A stretch of DNA of 64,000 nt from an uncultured Clostridium sp. GTDB taxonomy: Bacteria; Bacillota; Clostridia; TANB77; CAG-508. Position numbers and translations under genes: made by a program. The stretch is taken from positions 666 to 64,665 of the forward strand of contig CAYJKK010000005.1 of NCBI GenBank assembly GCA_964370905.1. Direction: 5' to 3'. A model generated the notes under the pieces. The model was not told the origin of the DNA. It did no database searches and saw nothing but the letters and a program-made list of their open reading frames with translations. Positions 27,280-37,522 of the stretch are shown here, one piece after another (the stretch's first letter is position 1; every line of letters begins with the position of its first letter).

Positions 27280-27771
27280 TTAACTATTTCTTATATATTC
27301 AACATAATCATAATCCAAATCATTTTTCTCATCTTTTGTTCCTTTTGTTCTAGATGTTTCTTTCCAGATATTTTCATCTATTTTTGTAAAGAATGTATCA
27401 CCTTCAAAGTCTTGATTAATTTCTGTTATATACATTTTATTAGTGTATGGTAGTAACAGATTATATATCATTGCACCACCTATTACAAAAGATTCTTCAG
27501 CTGATTCAATATATTCTTGTAATTCTAATACTGAACTAATTATTTTAACATTTTCATCATCTACTTTATATTCTTTATTTTGGCTTAATATTATATGTTT
27601 TCTATTAGGAAGCACTCGTCCTAATGATTCAAATGTTTTTCTTCCCATTATTATTGTATGATTTGTTGTTAATTCTTTAAATCTCTTTAAATCTGCTGGT
27701 AAGTGCCAAATAAGTTTATTATCTTTCCCTATTATATTATTTTTTGCTTTTGCTACAATTATACTTAACAT
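27280..27771 (-). CDS. folA: Dihydrofolate reductase
   Basis: 163 aa with IIVAKAKNNIIGKDNKLIWHLPADLKRFKELT, MGRKTFESL and VIGGAMIY. Confidence 0.95.
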   Translation of the reverse strand: MLSIIVAKAKNNIIGKDNKLIWHLPADLKRFKELTTNHTIIMGRKTFESLGRVLPNRKHIILSQNKEYKVDDENVKIISSVLELQEYIESAEESFVIGGAMIYNLLLPYTNKMYITEINQDFEGDTFFTKIDENIWKETSRTKGTKDEKNDLDYDYVEYIRNS

Positions 27772-27778
27772 ATTTCTC

Positions 27779-28636
27779 CTATTCTGCTACTGGTATTTTT
27801 CCTAATTTAATTTCTTCATTATAGCTATATCCTTCAATTTCAAAATCTTCTACTTTAAAATCATAAAAATCTTTAGTTTGGTTTTTTATAACTAGTTTAG
27901 GAGTTACATCCATAGATTTTGCTTCTAATAGTTTTTCTACTAATGGTATATGTCTATCATAAATATGACAATCACCTATATTATGTGTCAGTGTTCCAAC
28001 ACCTAAACCTGCAACTTGTGCAAACATACATAATAGTGCTGCATATTGCATCGTATTCCATCCATTTGCAGCTAACATATCTTGTGATCTTTGATTTAAT
28101 ATTAAATGTAATTTATTATTTTTAACTAGCCATTGTGTACCATATACACATGGTTCTAATGCCATATCTTTTAATTCTTCATGATTAAATATATTTGTCA
28201 TTATTCTTCTACTTGCTGGATCATTATTTAATAAATATAAAACAAAATCTACTTGATCCATTTCTTTTAATCCTTCTTTTGTTTTAAATTGATATTTTTT
28301 ACCCATTTGGTATCCATATGCTTTACCTATTGTCCCATCTTCTCTTGCCCATTGATCCCAAATTTTAGAATTCAAATCTTTTATATTATTTGATTTTTTT
28401 TGCCAAATCCATAAAACTTCATCTATTGCTCTTTTAACAGTTGCAGAATTATTTCTTAGTGTTATCATTGGAAATTCTTTTTCTACATCATATACATTTG
28501 TTACCCCAATTACAGAAATGTAGTTTGCTTCTGCTCCATCTTCCCATCTTGTTCTAACTCCAGTACCTTCTGAAGAATACCCTTCTTCTATTATTTTTTT
28601 ACATGTTTCTATAAAATTTTTGTCTGCCTGCGTCAT
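27779..28636 (-). CDS. thyA: Thymidylate synthase (ThyA)
   Basis: 285 aa with the active-site region LEPCVYGTQW, plus NQRSQD and CHIYDRH. Confidence 0.93.
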   Translation of the reverse strand: MTQADKNFIETCKKIIEEGYSSEGTGVRTRWEDGAEANYISVIGVTNVYDVEKEFPMITLRNNSATVKRAIDEVLWIWQKKSNNIKDLNSKIWDQWAREDGTIGKAYGYQMGKKYQFKTKEGLKEMDQVDFVLYLLNNDPASRRIMTNIFNHEELKDMALEPCVYGTQWLVKNNKLHLILNQRSQDMLAANGWNTMQYAALLCMFAQVAGLGVGTLTHNIGDCHIYDRHIPLVEKLLEAKSMDVTPKLVIKNQTKDFYDFKVEDFEIEGYSYNEEIKLGKIPVAE

Positions 28637-28698
28637 TTTAATTCCTCCATTTTAAATTTTTCTTTACTTTTTTTGTAATGTGAGTATATCATACCTAT

Positions 28699-29373
28699 TT
28701 ATATTTTTCTACATTTTTCTATATAAATTTCACCATTTATTTCTTTTAAGTATATTTCTTTTTTAGTAAATTTTTCTTCTTCTGATTTAATCATTTCTTT
28801 AATGCTAGCTTGATTTTCTATTATAGTTGTTCCAATTATATTTCCTTGAGTATCTTTTAATATAATTGTTTGTTCTTCATCTGTTAAATACTGTTCAATA
28901 TATTCCACAATTTGTACTATATATCCACCATCTACTTTTTCTATTTTGTCTAATATGAATTCTGAATTTTCATTATTAAACGTAGTATTTGTTGGGACAT
29001 AGTATCCTAACTCTGACATATATTCAAAAGTTGTAATTCCATCTTTTGGAAACACCAAATTAAAACTTGGTCCAAATATTTCTTTACTTTGTTCTTCAAA
29101 ATCACCGTATTGTAATTCATAGTTGTCCCCTATATTTTGTTTTAAAACTTCCCAAATCCATATATTATCAAAACCGCTTATTGTTTCAAACTCTGGAATA
29201 GCTTCTAAATTACCATCTTTTCGTGTATAAATCTTACTTATATACGTTTCTATTTTTTGAACTTCTTGTACAGAAATATTTTCAATTTCATTTCCTAACA
29301 CTAAGTTTTTATTAATTACGAGACATATTAATATTACTAATAATATAAAAATTATAACTATAAATCTTTTCAT
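28699..29373 (-). CDS. Hypothetical secreted/membrane-anchored protein
   Basis: 224 aa with the N-terminal hydrophobic segment RFIVIIFILLVILICLVI. I recognised no other motif. Confidence 0.6.
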   Translation of the reverse strand: MKRFIVIIFILLVILICLVINKNLVLGNEIENISVQEVQKIETYISKIYTRKDGNLEAIPEFETISGFDNIWIWEVLKQNIGDNYELQYGDFEEQSKEIFGPSFNLVFPKDGITTFEYMSELGYYVPTNTTFNNENSEFILDKIEKVDGGYIVQIVEYIEQYLTDEEQTIILKDTQGNIIGTTIIENQASIKEMIKSEEEKFTKKEIYLKEINGEIYIEKCRKI

Positions 29374-29534
29374 TTGAATCTCTTTTCTTTTTTATCTTTT
29401 ATTAGACAAATTTTATCATAAGATATTTTTCTTTTCAATAAAAAGCTAAAATAAATAGGTTAAATAATAAATAAATTTAGAGATAAATAAAAAAATATAT
29501 AAACCATTTCTGATCTATATATTTTAAAGTTTTA

Positions 29535-30869
29535 TTATGCTGTTTCTTTACCTTTTTTATTAGGTGTTTCTCTTTTATTTTTTTTGTTATCTTTAGTTTC
29601 TTTTTCTTTATTTTTTTCTTTTGGTTCACCTTTAATAAGTTCAGGATCTTTTTTGTCTATTACAGTTTCTCTATTTATTATACATTTTTCTATATCTGTA
29701 CTAGATGGTATTTCAAACATTATATCTCTCATAATTTCTTCAATTATAGATCTAAGTCCTCTTGCTCCTGTTTTTCTTTCTAGTGCTTTTTCTACTATTG
29801 CCTCTAAAGCTTGTTTTTCAAATACAAGTTCTACATCATCTAGTTCAAATAATTTTTTATATTGTTTTACTAATGAATTTTTTGGTTCTTCTAATATTTT
29901 AACTAATGCATCTTTATCCAAATCTTCTAATGTTGCAACTATTGGTAATCTTCCAATAAATTCTGGGATTAATCCAAATTTAAGTAAATCTTGAGGTAAT
30001 AGTTCTTTAAATACTTCAAATTGTTTTATTTCATTTTTACTTTTAATTTGTGTTCCAAAACCAATTGCTTTTTCACCTGTTCTATCTTTTATAATGTTTT
30101 CTAATCCTTCAAAAGCTCCACCACATATTATTAATATATTTTCAGTATTAATATGTAGCATTTCTTGATTTGGATGTTTTCTTCCTCCTTGTGGTGGTAC
30201 TGCTGCTGTTGTTCCTTCTATTATTTTTAATAAAGCTTGTTGCACACCTTCTCCACTAACATCTCTTGTTATTGATGGATTTTCTGATTTTCTAGTTATT
30301 TTATCAACCTCATCAATATATATTATCCCTTTTTCTGCTTTTCTTATATCTCCATCTGCTGCTTGAATGAGTTTTAATAATATATTCTCAACATCTTCTC
30401 CTACATATCCAGCTTCTGTAAGTGTTGTAGCATCAGATATTGCAAAAGGTACATCTAATATTTTTGCTAATGTTCTTGCTAAGAGTGTTTTTCCACATCC
30501 AGTAGGTCCTAATAACAAAATATTACTTTTTTGAATTTCTACTTCATTATCTTCACTTTCACCATGAGCTATTCTTTTATAATGATTGTATACTGCAACA
30601 GCTAAAGTTCTTTTAGCTTCTTCTTGACCTATTACATAGTCATCTAATATCTTTTTGATTTCTTTTGGACTTGGTACATTATTTAATTCATTTAATGTAT
30701 ATCCTGCTTTTTCATCTTCATATATTTCTGTTTGTACTATACTAGAACATAACTCTACACATTCATCACATATATATACACCTGGTCCTGCAACTATTTT
30801 TTTAACCGCATCTTGTTCTTTTCCACAAAATGAACATCTTACATTTTTAGGAACATCATTTTTGGCCAT
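29535..30869 (-). CDS. clpX: ATP-dependent Clp protease ATP-binding subunit ClpX
   Basis: 444 aa with the Zn-finger CSFCGK...CDEC, Walker A GPTGCGKT, and IYIDEVDK. It has an extra K/E-rich ~35-aa C-terminal tail. Confidence 0.97.
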   Translation of the reverse strand: MAKNDVPKNVRCSFCGKEQDAVKKIVAGPGVYICDECVELCSSIVQTEIYEDEKAGYTLNELNNVPSPKEIKKILDDYVIGQEEAKRTLAVAVYNHYKRIAHGESEDNEVEIQKSNILLLGPTGCGKTLLARTLAKILDVPFAISDATTLTEAGYVGEDVENILLKLIQAADGDIRKAEKGIIYIDEVDKITRKSENPSITRDVSGEGVQQALLKIIEGTTAAVPPQGGRKHPNQEMLHINTENILIICGGAFEGLENIIKDRTGEKAIGFGTQIKSKNEIKQFEVFKELLPQDLLKFGLIPEFIGRLPIVATLEDLDKDALVKILEEPKNSLVKQYKKLFELDDVELVFEKQALEAIVEKALERKTGARGLRSIIEEIMRDIMFEIPSSTDIEKCIINRETVIDKKDPELIKGEPKEKNKEKETKDNKKNKRETPNKKGKETA

Positions 30870-30898
30870 ATCTTTCTCCTCTTTCTTTATCTCTATCT

Positions 30899-31504
30899 TT
30901 ATTTTCTTTTGTCCATTATTCCATCTATTAATCCATATGCTAGAGCTTGTTCTGCTGTCATATAGTTATCTCTTTCTGTATCTTTGGCAATTTGTTCTAC
31001 AGTTTGACCTGTTCTATCACTTAAGAATTTGTTTAATTTATCTCTTGTTTTAACTAAGTGTTCTGCATGAATTTTAATTTCAGTTGTTTGTCCTGATAGA
31101 CCTCCACCACCAATTAATGGTTGATGTATCATAACTTCAGCATTAGGTGTTGCAAATCTTCTTCCTTTTTCTCCAGCTGCAAGTAACGCTGCTCCCATAG
31201 ATGCCGCCATACCTATACAAATTGTGGAAACTGGGCATTTAATATAATTCATTGTGTCAATTATTCCCATTCCATCTGTTATTGATCCACCTGGTGAATT
31301 AATATATAAATATATTTCTTTATCTGGATCTTCTGATTCTAAAAATAGTAATTGTGCGATTATTAAACTTGATGTTGTTGGATTTACATCTTCTCCTAAA
31401 AATATTATTCTATCTTTTAATAGTCTAGAAAAAATATCGTAAGATCTTTCTCCTTTACTAGTTTGTTCTACTACATATGGTACTAAACTATTTCTTTCTA
31501 ACAT
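30899..31504 (-). CDS. clpP: ATP-dependent Clp protease proteolytic subunit
   Basis: 201 aa with GMAASMGA (catalytic Ser) and IHQPL. The SD is AAGGAGGAA. Confidence 0.97.
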   Translation of the reverse strand: MLERNSLVPYVVEQTSKGERSYDIFSRLLKDRIIFLGEDVNPTTSSLIIAQLLFLESEDPDKEIYLYINSPGGSITDGMGIIDTMNYIKCPVSTICIGMAASMGAALLAAGEKGRRFATPNAEVMIHQPLIGGGGLSGQTTEIKIHAEHLVKTRDKLNKFLSDRTGQTVEQIAKDTERDNYMTAEQALAYGLIDGIMDKRK

Positions 31505-31652
31505 AATTTCCTCCTTGAATTTTCTTATTTTTGATTTCTCTACTAGTTTATATCATTTTTTCATAATATAAACAAGTTTTTTTAATATTTTTTATTGATT
31601 TTATTTGTTTTTCTACTATATATATATTCCTTTTATTTTCATTTATGAAAAT

Positions 31653-31686
31653 AAAAAAACAAGTAAAGATTATCTCCATACCTGTT
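31653..31686 (-). terminator. Terminator of tig
   Basis: - strand AACAGGTA-13 nt-TACTTGTT (one G-U pair) followed by T7. Confidence 0.55.
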
Positions 31687-31703
31687 TTCCTAAAATTTAT
31701 ATC

Positions 31704-32990
31704 TTATTTCATTTTTGCATTATTTACTAAAAAGTCCATAGCTTTTTCTGATTCTAATCCTTGTTTAATATATTTTCTTGCATTTTCATTTTTAATGAAT
31801 TCTTCATCATTTTCTTTACCATAGTTTTTAGCCATTTCTTGCATTTTTTCTGTTATTTCATCTTCTGAAACTTCTATTTTTTCAGCTTCAATAATTGCTT
31901 CTATTGCTAATCTAGATTTTATACCTTCTATTGCTTGTGGTTCATATTCTTTTTTAGTTTCTTCCATTGTTTTACCCATCATTTGAAGATATTGATCTAA
32001 TTGTAGTCCTTGATATGATAATTTTTGTTCAATGTCTTTTAACATGTTTTCAGTTTCCATTTCAATCATTCCATTTGGAATTTCAACTGTCATTTTTTCT
32101 GTTACTGCTTTTACTACTGCACTTTGAGTTTCATATTTAGCTTTTTCGTTATTAGCTTTTTCTTGTTTTTCTTTAATGTCTTTTTTTAATGCTTCTAATG
32201 TATCAAATTCACTAACATCTTTTGCAAATTCGTCATCTAATACTGGTAATTCTTTTGCTTTTATACTATGTACTTTGATTTTAAATACTGCATCTTTTCC
32301 AGCTAATTCTTCTGAAAAATATTGTTCTGGGAATTTTACATTTAAATCTTTTTCTTCTCCGATTTTAACACCAATTACTTGATCTTCAAATCCTGGAATA
32401 AATGTGTTACTTCCTATTTCTAATTCATGACCTTCAGCTTTTCCACCTTCAAAAGCAACTCCATCAACAGAACCATCAAAGTCTAATGTTACTACATCAC
32501 CTTTTTCTACTGCTCTATCTTCTACTGGAACTATTCTTGCATTTCTTTTTTGCATAGTTTCAATTTCTTTATTTATATCTTCATCAGTTACTTTGTATTC
32601 AACTTTAGATATTTCTACACCTTTATATTTTCCTAATTTAACTTCTGGTTTAATTTCCATAACTGCTGTAAATACTAAATCTTGTCCTTTACCTATTTCT
32701 AATACATCTATATTGGGTCTACTTACAACTTCTAAATTATTTTCTTTTATTGCTTCTTCTAACGCGTTTTGAGCAACTTCATTAAAAGCATCTTCATAAA
32801 AGATTTCTTTTCCATAATATTTTTCTACTATTTTAATTGGTGCTTTACCTTTTCTAAATCCTGGTATATTAAAGTATTTAGCACTTTTTACATATACACT
32901 TTGTATAGCCTCATCAAATTTCTTAGCTTCTACTTTTATTTCTAATTTTACTTCATTTGCATTTTCTGTTTTTTCAACTTTACAATTCAT
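31704..32990 (-). CDS. tig: Trigger factor
   Basis: Contains GFRKGKAP (the ribosome-binding signature) and an FKBP PPIase domain. ATG 32990 (MNCKVEK) is preferred over the TTG at 32999 given the SD AAAGGA position. Confidence 0.95.
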   Translation of the reverse strand: MNCKVEKTENANEVKLEIKVEAKKFDEAIQSVYVKSAKYFNIPGFRKGKAPIKIVEKYYGKEIFYEDAFNEVAQNALEEAIKENNLEVVSRPNIDVLEIGKGQDLVFTAVMEIKPEVKLGKYKGVEISKVEYKVTDEDINKEIETMQKRNARIVPVEDRAVEKGDVVTLDFDGSVDGVAFEGGKAEGHELEIGSNTFIPGFEDQVIGVKIGEEKDLNVKFPEQYFSEELAGKDAVFKIKVHSIKAKELPVLDDEFAKDVSEFDTLEALKKDIKEKQEKANNEKAKYETQSAVVKAVTEKMTVEIPNGMIEMETENMLKDIEQKLSYQGLQLDQYLQMMGKTMEETKKEYEPQAIEGIKSRLAIEAIIEAEKIEVSEDEITEKMQEMAKNYGKENDEEFIKNENARKYIKQGLESEKAMDFLVNNAKMK

Positions 32991-33154
32991 TATTTTCAAA
33001 TCCTTTCATTTTTTATAGCTTGTACATTATACCACATTTACAGCATTTTGCAAGGATTTTTTAATATTTTTAGAAAAATACTTGTTTTTTTCTTTATTTT
33101 GTGTTAAACTCTAAAATAGTCAATTTAATTTAAAAATTAGGAGGTGCTATTAAG

Positions 33155-33352
33155 ATGGCAGTATGTTGTGTTTGTGATAAATCAGTAAGTCACGGTAATA
33201 AACTTAGTATTACTCGTTCTCATATAAGTAAAAGATCTACTCGTACATGGAAACCTAACTTAAGAACAGTTAAAGTTGAAATGAACGGTGAAAATAGAAG
33301 AGTACATGTTTGTGCTAAATGTTTAAAAGACGGTAAAGTAAAAAGAGCATAA
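33155..33352 (+). CDS. rpmB: 50S ribosomal protein L28
   Basis: 65 aa with GNKLSITRSHISKRSTRTWKPNL. The SD AGGAGG lies ~10 nt upstream. Confidence 0.95.
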   Translation: MAVCCVCDKSVSHGNKLSITRSHISKRSTRTWKPNLRTVKVEMNGENRRVHVCAKCLKDGKVKRA

Positions 33353-33363
33353 GCTCTTTTTTT
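33342..33363 (+). terminator. rpmB terminator (overlaps the stop codon)
   Basis: AAAGAGC-ataa-GCTCTTT followed by a T run. Confidence 0.7.
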
Positions 33364-33477
33364 GTGTCTTTATATATTTATTTTTCTTTTATTCCAAATA
33401 TGAGCTTTACAAAACCTCTTAAAAACTTAGGTACTTTTTTTACTACTATCGTCATATGTATCAACCCCTTTCAAAAT

Positions 33478-33627
33478 TTAGCATATAAGCCATACTAAAC
33501 CAACAATTATTATTATTGTTCCGATTAAAAATAACCATCCTGTTATTGGAAGAAGTAGTACTAATAATACTCCTAATCCAAAACCAATCAAACAAACTGC
33601 TAATGTTTTTTTCAATATATTACACAT
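33478..33627 (-). CDS. Candidate small (49-aa) two-helix membrane protein
   Basis: Below the track cutoff. My own translation is MCNILKKTLAVCLIGFGLGVLLVLLLPITGWLFLIGTIIIIVGLVWLIC*, with a strong SD GGAGGATGG directly upstream. A further 25-codon ORF (MTIVVKKVPKFLRGFVKLIFGIKEK*, ~33380-33457) follows. Confidence 0.45.
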   Translation of the reverse strand: MCNILKKTLAVCLIGFGLGVLLVLLLPITGWLFLIGTIIIIVGLVWLIC

Positions 33628-33800
33628 ACCATCCTCCATTTTATATCTTTTATATATTATATTATCTAATTTAATTATTTGTTCCTATTTATGTATATCT
33701 ATAACTCTTAAACTACAATTCATTATTTAAAAATATTCTTAAACTGTTCTTTAATTTGACTTATTCTATTTTTTTATATAATATATATTTAGGTGATAAA

Positions 33801-34451
33801 ATGAAAAAAAATGAAGTAGATGAATTTATACAAATATTAAACAAAACATATCCAGATGCAACTTGCAGTTTAGATTTTAAACAGCCTTTTGAATTAGTAG
33901 TTGCTGTTGTACTATCTGCACAATGTACTGATGAAAGAGTAAACAAAATAACTCCTGCACTTTTTGATAGGTGTAAAACAATATCTGATTTCGCAACTAT
34001 TCCAGTTAGTGAACTAGAAGATTTTATACATTCTTGCGGATTTTATAAGAATAAAGCAAAAAACATTAAATTATGTGCTAATCAAATAATAGAAAAATAT
34101 AATTCGGAAGTACCAAATAATATGGATGATTTACTAACTTTAGCTGGAGTTGGTAGAAAATCTGCAAATGTTATACTATTAGAAGTATTTAATACCCCTA
34201 TTGGTATTGCTGTAGATACTCATGTTAAAAGAATATCTGGCTTAATTGGTCTTTCTAAAAATACAGACCCAGAAAAAATAGAACAAGATTTACTAAAGAT
34301 ATTTCCTAAAAAATATTTAAAAGATATTAATCATCTTTTAGTATTTCATGGTAGAAGAACATGTATTGCTAGAAATCCAAATTGTGCTAATTGTACTATC
34401 AGCCACATGTGTAAACATTATTCTAAGTTACCAAAAACAGCTACTAACTAA
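33801..34451 (+). CDS. nth: Endonuclease III
   Basis: Contains the HhH-GPD motif LTLAGVGRKSANVIL and the 4Fe-4S cluster CIARNPNCANCTISHMC. ATG 33801 follows the SD AGGTGA; the track ORF starts at 33756. Confidence 0.95.
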   Translation: MKKNEVDEFIQILNKTYPDATCSLDFKQPFELVVAVVLSAQCTDERVNKITPALFDRCKTISDFATIPVSELEDFIHSCGFYKNKAKNIKLCANQIIEKYNSEVPNNMDDLLTLAGVGRKSANVILLEVFNTPIGIAVDTHVKRISGLIGLSKNTDPEKIEQDLLKIFPKKYLKDINHLLVFHGRRTCIARNPNCANCTISHMCKHYSKLPKTATN

Positions 34452-34475
34452 ATTTAAATTATTACTGAATTTATA

Positions 34476-34498
34476 AAGTCAATTTATTGACTTTTTTT
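34476..34498 (+). terminator. nth terminator
   Basis: AAGTCAA-ttta-TTGACTT followed by T6. Confidence 0.7.
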
Positions 34499-34538
34499 AA
34501 TTATAAGTATATATTTAGATTTATAAAATACATTATTA

Positions 34539-35711
34539 ATGGAGGAAAAAATGAAAAATCAAATCAAATCAAATTTAATTAAAACAATTTCAAAAAACAA
34601 ATTTTTAACAATATTTTTAATATTTATATCTATATTAGTGTTAATTACACCTATAGCTAGTGCTAATGACGATATAATGTTAATTAATGAGGATGTTCCT
34701 ACAAATGAAGTTACATCAATTGCTACGCCTGAAGTTCCAACTCTAACTGAAGATGATGTATATCTTGTTGGTAATGAATTTAATGTTGATTATATTATAG
34801 ATGGTAATTTATTTATTTATGCAAATAATGTTACTATTTCATCTCAAATAGGAGGAGATGTTTTTGTATTTTCAGATAATATAACAATTACTGAGTCTGC
34901 ATCAATTTCTGGAAACTTATTTACATATTGCAGTCAAGTTTTAACTATTGATGGTGTTGTATATGATGTATATGCACATACTGGAAAAACAATAATTAAT
35001 GGATATATCTATCGTGATGTAAGAATAAATTCACAAATAGTTGAAATTTCTGGTATTATTGGAAGAAATGCTTATTTAGATACTGATGACATATTATTTA
35101 ATACTACCGAAACTTCTACACCTGCAATAAATGGAAAATTAGACTATTATACTGAACTTGAATTATTAATACCAGATACTTATATAACTGGTGAAGTAAC
35201 AAAGTATACTCCTTCTAATTTTACAACTTCAACAACTATTGTTTCACTATTTTACGCTATTGTTGTTCTTACTGTTATTTTATGGGTTATCTTAAAAAAA
35301 GTAGCTCCTAAATTTCACTTAAATAGTTCACTTATAAGCATAAAATCTATATTATTAAGTTTTGTTATAGGTGTTGTTACAGTAGCAATTTTATCTATCT
35401 TAACAATATTTACTATACTTCCTGTTGTTACAGTTCCTATTTCAATTTTATGTTTAACTATTTTAGTACTTTTAATTTTAGTTTCTATACCTTGCTTATT
35501 AATTAGTGTATCAAATAGCATTGTTTCTAAAATTAAAAATGAAAAAATAAGAACACAAAAAGGATTAACTCTTACACTTTCAGCATTATTATCACTTATT
35601 GTTTTTGTTTTAAGTATTATTCCTACTTTTGGAAATATATTCTTAAGTGTACTTGTTGTTCTTGGTATAGGTCTTATTATCAAATATACTTTTAAAAAAA
35701 ATAGAGATTAG
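34539..35711 (+). CDS. Membrane protein with beta-helix (bactofilin/polymer-forming-like) repeats and a multi-pass C-terminus
   Basis: 390 aa with an N-terminal signal/TM. It has repetitive GNLFIYANNVTISSQIGGDVFVFSDNITITESASISGNLF-type units and 4-5 C-terminal hydrophobic helices. Confidence 0.6.
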   Translation: MEEKMKNQIKSNLIKTISKNKFLTIFLIFISILVLITPIASANDDIMLINEDVPTNEVTSIATPEVPTLTEDDVYLVGNEFNVDYIIDGNLFIYANNVTISSQIGGDVFVFSDNITITESASISGNLFTYCSQVLTIDGVVYDVYAHTGKTIINGYIYRDVRINSQIVEISGIIGRNAYLDTDDILFNTTETSTPAINGKLDYYTELELLIPDTYITGEVTKYTPSNFTTSTTIVSLFYAIVVLTVILWVILKKVAPKFHLNSSLISIKSILLSFVIGVVTVAILSILTIFTILPVVTVPISILCLTILVLLILVSIPCLLISVSNSIVSKIKNEKIRTQKGLTLTLSALLSLIVFVLSIIPTFGNIFLSVLVVLGIGLIIKYTFKKNRD

Positions 35712-35740
35712 TTTTTAACTATTGTATAAATAATCAAAAA

Positions 35741-35780
35741 AGAAAATGAGATTAATTTGAAATTTAATTCTCATTTTCTT
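35741..35780. terminator. Bidirectional terminator between convergent genes
   Basis: GAAAATGAGATTAA-tttgaaat-TTAATTCTCATTTTC (one bulge), flanked by A6 and T7. Confidence 0.7.
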
Positions 35781-35813
35781 TTTTTCTTTACTTTTATCTT
35801 ATTTTATTCTTAT

Positions 35814-36473
35814 TTACTTTTTTAATTCTTCTATTATAACCTTATAATCTTTTGCAACAAGTATCGCAGTTCCAGCTACTAATACATTTGCTCCAGCTTC
35901 TTTTACAATTGGTGCTGTTACTAAATTTATTCCACCATCTACTTCTATATCTAAATCCATATTATTTTCTTCTACATACCTTTTTAAAGCTTTTATTTTA
36001 TTTGTTATATCACCAATATATGTTTGCCCACCTTTACCAGGTTCAACGCTCATTATTAAGCACATATTAATATATGGTAATATATCATATATTTCTGCTA
36101 TATCTGTATTTGGTTTTATAGATATTCCTACTTTACAATTGTTTTCTCTTATATATTTAATATGTTTTAATACTTCTTCTTTATTTTTGCAAGCTTCATA
36201 ATGAAATGTAATTATATTTGGATCTAATGCTAAGAAGTCATCTATCCCCTCTTTTATATTTTCTACCATTAAATGAACATCTAACGGTAAATTTGATATT
36301 CTTTTAATATATCCACAGTAATTTAACATTTGATCATATGTATTTTTTTCTACAAATTTTCCATCCATAACATCTATGTGGAAATAGTCTAATTTAGATG
36401 CTTCTAAATTTAAAAAAACTTCACTTGCCTCTTCTTCATTTACCGTTAAAATTGATCCTGATATTTCTACCAT
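35814..36473 (-). CDS. rpe: Ribulose-phosphate 3-epimerase
   Basis: 219 aa with HIDVMDGKFV, DVHLMV and MSVEPGKGGQ. Confidence 0.93.
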   Translation of the reverse strand: MVEISGSILTVNEEEASEVFLNLEASKLDYFHIDVMDGKFVEKNTYDQMLNYCGYIKRISNLPLDVHLMVENIKEGIDDFLALDPNIITFHYEACKNKEEVLKHIKYIRENNCKVGISIKPNTDIAEIYDILPYINMCLIMSVEPGKGGQTYIGDITNKIKALKRYVEENNMDLDIEVDGGINLVTAPIVKEAGANVLVAGTAILVAKDYKVIIEELKK

Positions 36474-37363
36474 TTTTTATTTTCCTCCTTATTTTTTAAT
36501 TCCTCATATATTTTAACAAATCTTTCATATCTTAGTTTATCTATTATATCATTTTCTACTACTTTTTTTATACCACAATCTGCTTCTTTTATATGATTAC
36601 AACCTGTATATTTACACTCTTTACTAAATTCAATCATTTCTCTAAAATACTTTACAAGTTCTCTATATGGTATTTCTTCTACTGAAAATGTAGAAAAACC
36701 TGGAGTATCTGCTATATATGAATCTTCCATTATTTTGTATAGTTTTATTGCTGTTGTTGTATTTTTTCCTCTTTTATTTCTTAAACTAATTTCTCCTTCT
36801 TCAGTTAAATCTAGGTTAAATATTTTATTAATTAATGTTGATTTTCCCACACCAGAATTTCCTGAAAAAGCACTAACTTCTCCTTTCAATTCCATATTTA
36901 ATTCGTTTATACCACTTACATCTTCATTACCATTTAATATAACTTTATACCCTATTTTTTCATATACACATTTTATCTCTTCAATTTCTATCACACTTAC
37001 TAAATCAATTTTATTTAATAATATAACTGGTTTTACTCCCATAAATTCAGCAAATGCTAGTTGCTTATCTAATAACAATAAATCTGGTTTTGGATTTTTC
37101 ATTGAAACTACTAAAATTAGTTTTGTTATATTTGCAATTTTAGGTCTTTTTATATATACACTTCTATCATCAATTGATATTATAACTGCTTTTAAAGTAG
37201 TTTCATCAATTACTTCAATTTCTACAAAATCTCCTACTACTGGTGTTTTTTCTTCTTTTCTAAAAACTCCTCTTGGAACTGCTTCATATATTTTTTCATT
37301 TACTTCTACTTTATATATATTTGAAATTATTTCTATAATTCTTCCAGATATTTTTTTATTCAT
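36467..37363 (-). CDS. rsgA: Ribosome small-subunit biogenesis GTPase RsgA
   Basis: 298 aa with NKIDL, GNSGVGKSTLIN, DTPGF, and the Zn motif CKYTGCNHIKEADC. Confidence 0.93.
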   Translation of the reverse strand: MNKKISGRIIEIISNIYKVEVNEKIYEAVPRGVFRKEEKTPVVGDFVEIEVIDETTLKAVIISIDDRSVYIKRPKIANITKLILVVSMKNPKPDLLLLDKQLAFAEFMGVKPVILLNKIDLVSVIEIEEIKCVYEKIGYKVILNGNEDVSGINELNMELKGEVSAFSGNSGVGKSTLINKIFNLDLTEEGEISLRNKRGKNTTTAIKLYKIMEDSYIADTPGFSTFSVEEIPYRELVKYFREMIEFSKECKYTGCNHIKEADCGIKKVVENDIIDKLRYERFVKIYEELKNKEENKKW

Positions 37364-37436
37364 ATATTTATTTTTTCTCCTTATTTTAAGAACTTTAATA
37401 CTCTCATTATATTATTATATTATTAATTAGTCAATC

Positions 37437-37477
37437 AAAAAAGTATAAAAGATACCTCTAGATACCTTTTATACTTT
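37437..37477 (-). terminator. Hairpin between prkC and rsgA (possible attenuator/terminator)
   Basis: AAAGTATAAAAG-atacctctagatacc-CTTTTATACTTT, a 12-bp perfect stem. Confidence 0.4.
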
Positions 37478-37522
37478 ATTCTTTTAACTTTTTAATTTTT
37501 CATTGCTTATATTTTCTATTTT

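Noticed and set aside
31505-31703. CtsR operator upstream of clpP
   Set aside because: No GGTCAAA (or TTTGACC) heptad repeat is present in either orientation.
36735-37430. 231-aa + strand ORF antisense to rsgA. Similar long antisense ORFs occur at 46886-47419, 24677-25120, 29584-29994, 60671-61126, 54840-55208, 49995-50933 and elsewhere.
   Set aside because: They lie entirely opposite strongly supported conserved genes. Their composition is Ser/Phe/Ile/Leu-rich low complexity, typical of shadow frames in AT-rich DNA. They lack RBSs and recognisable motifs.
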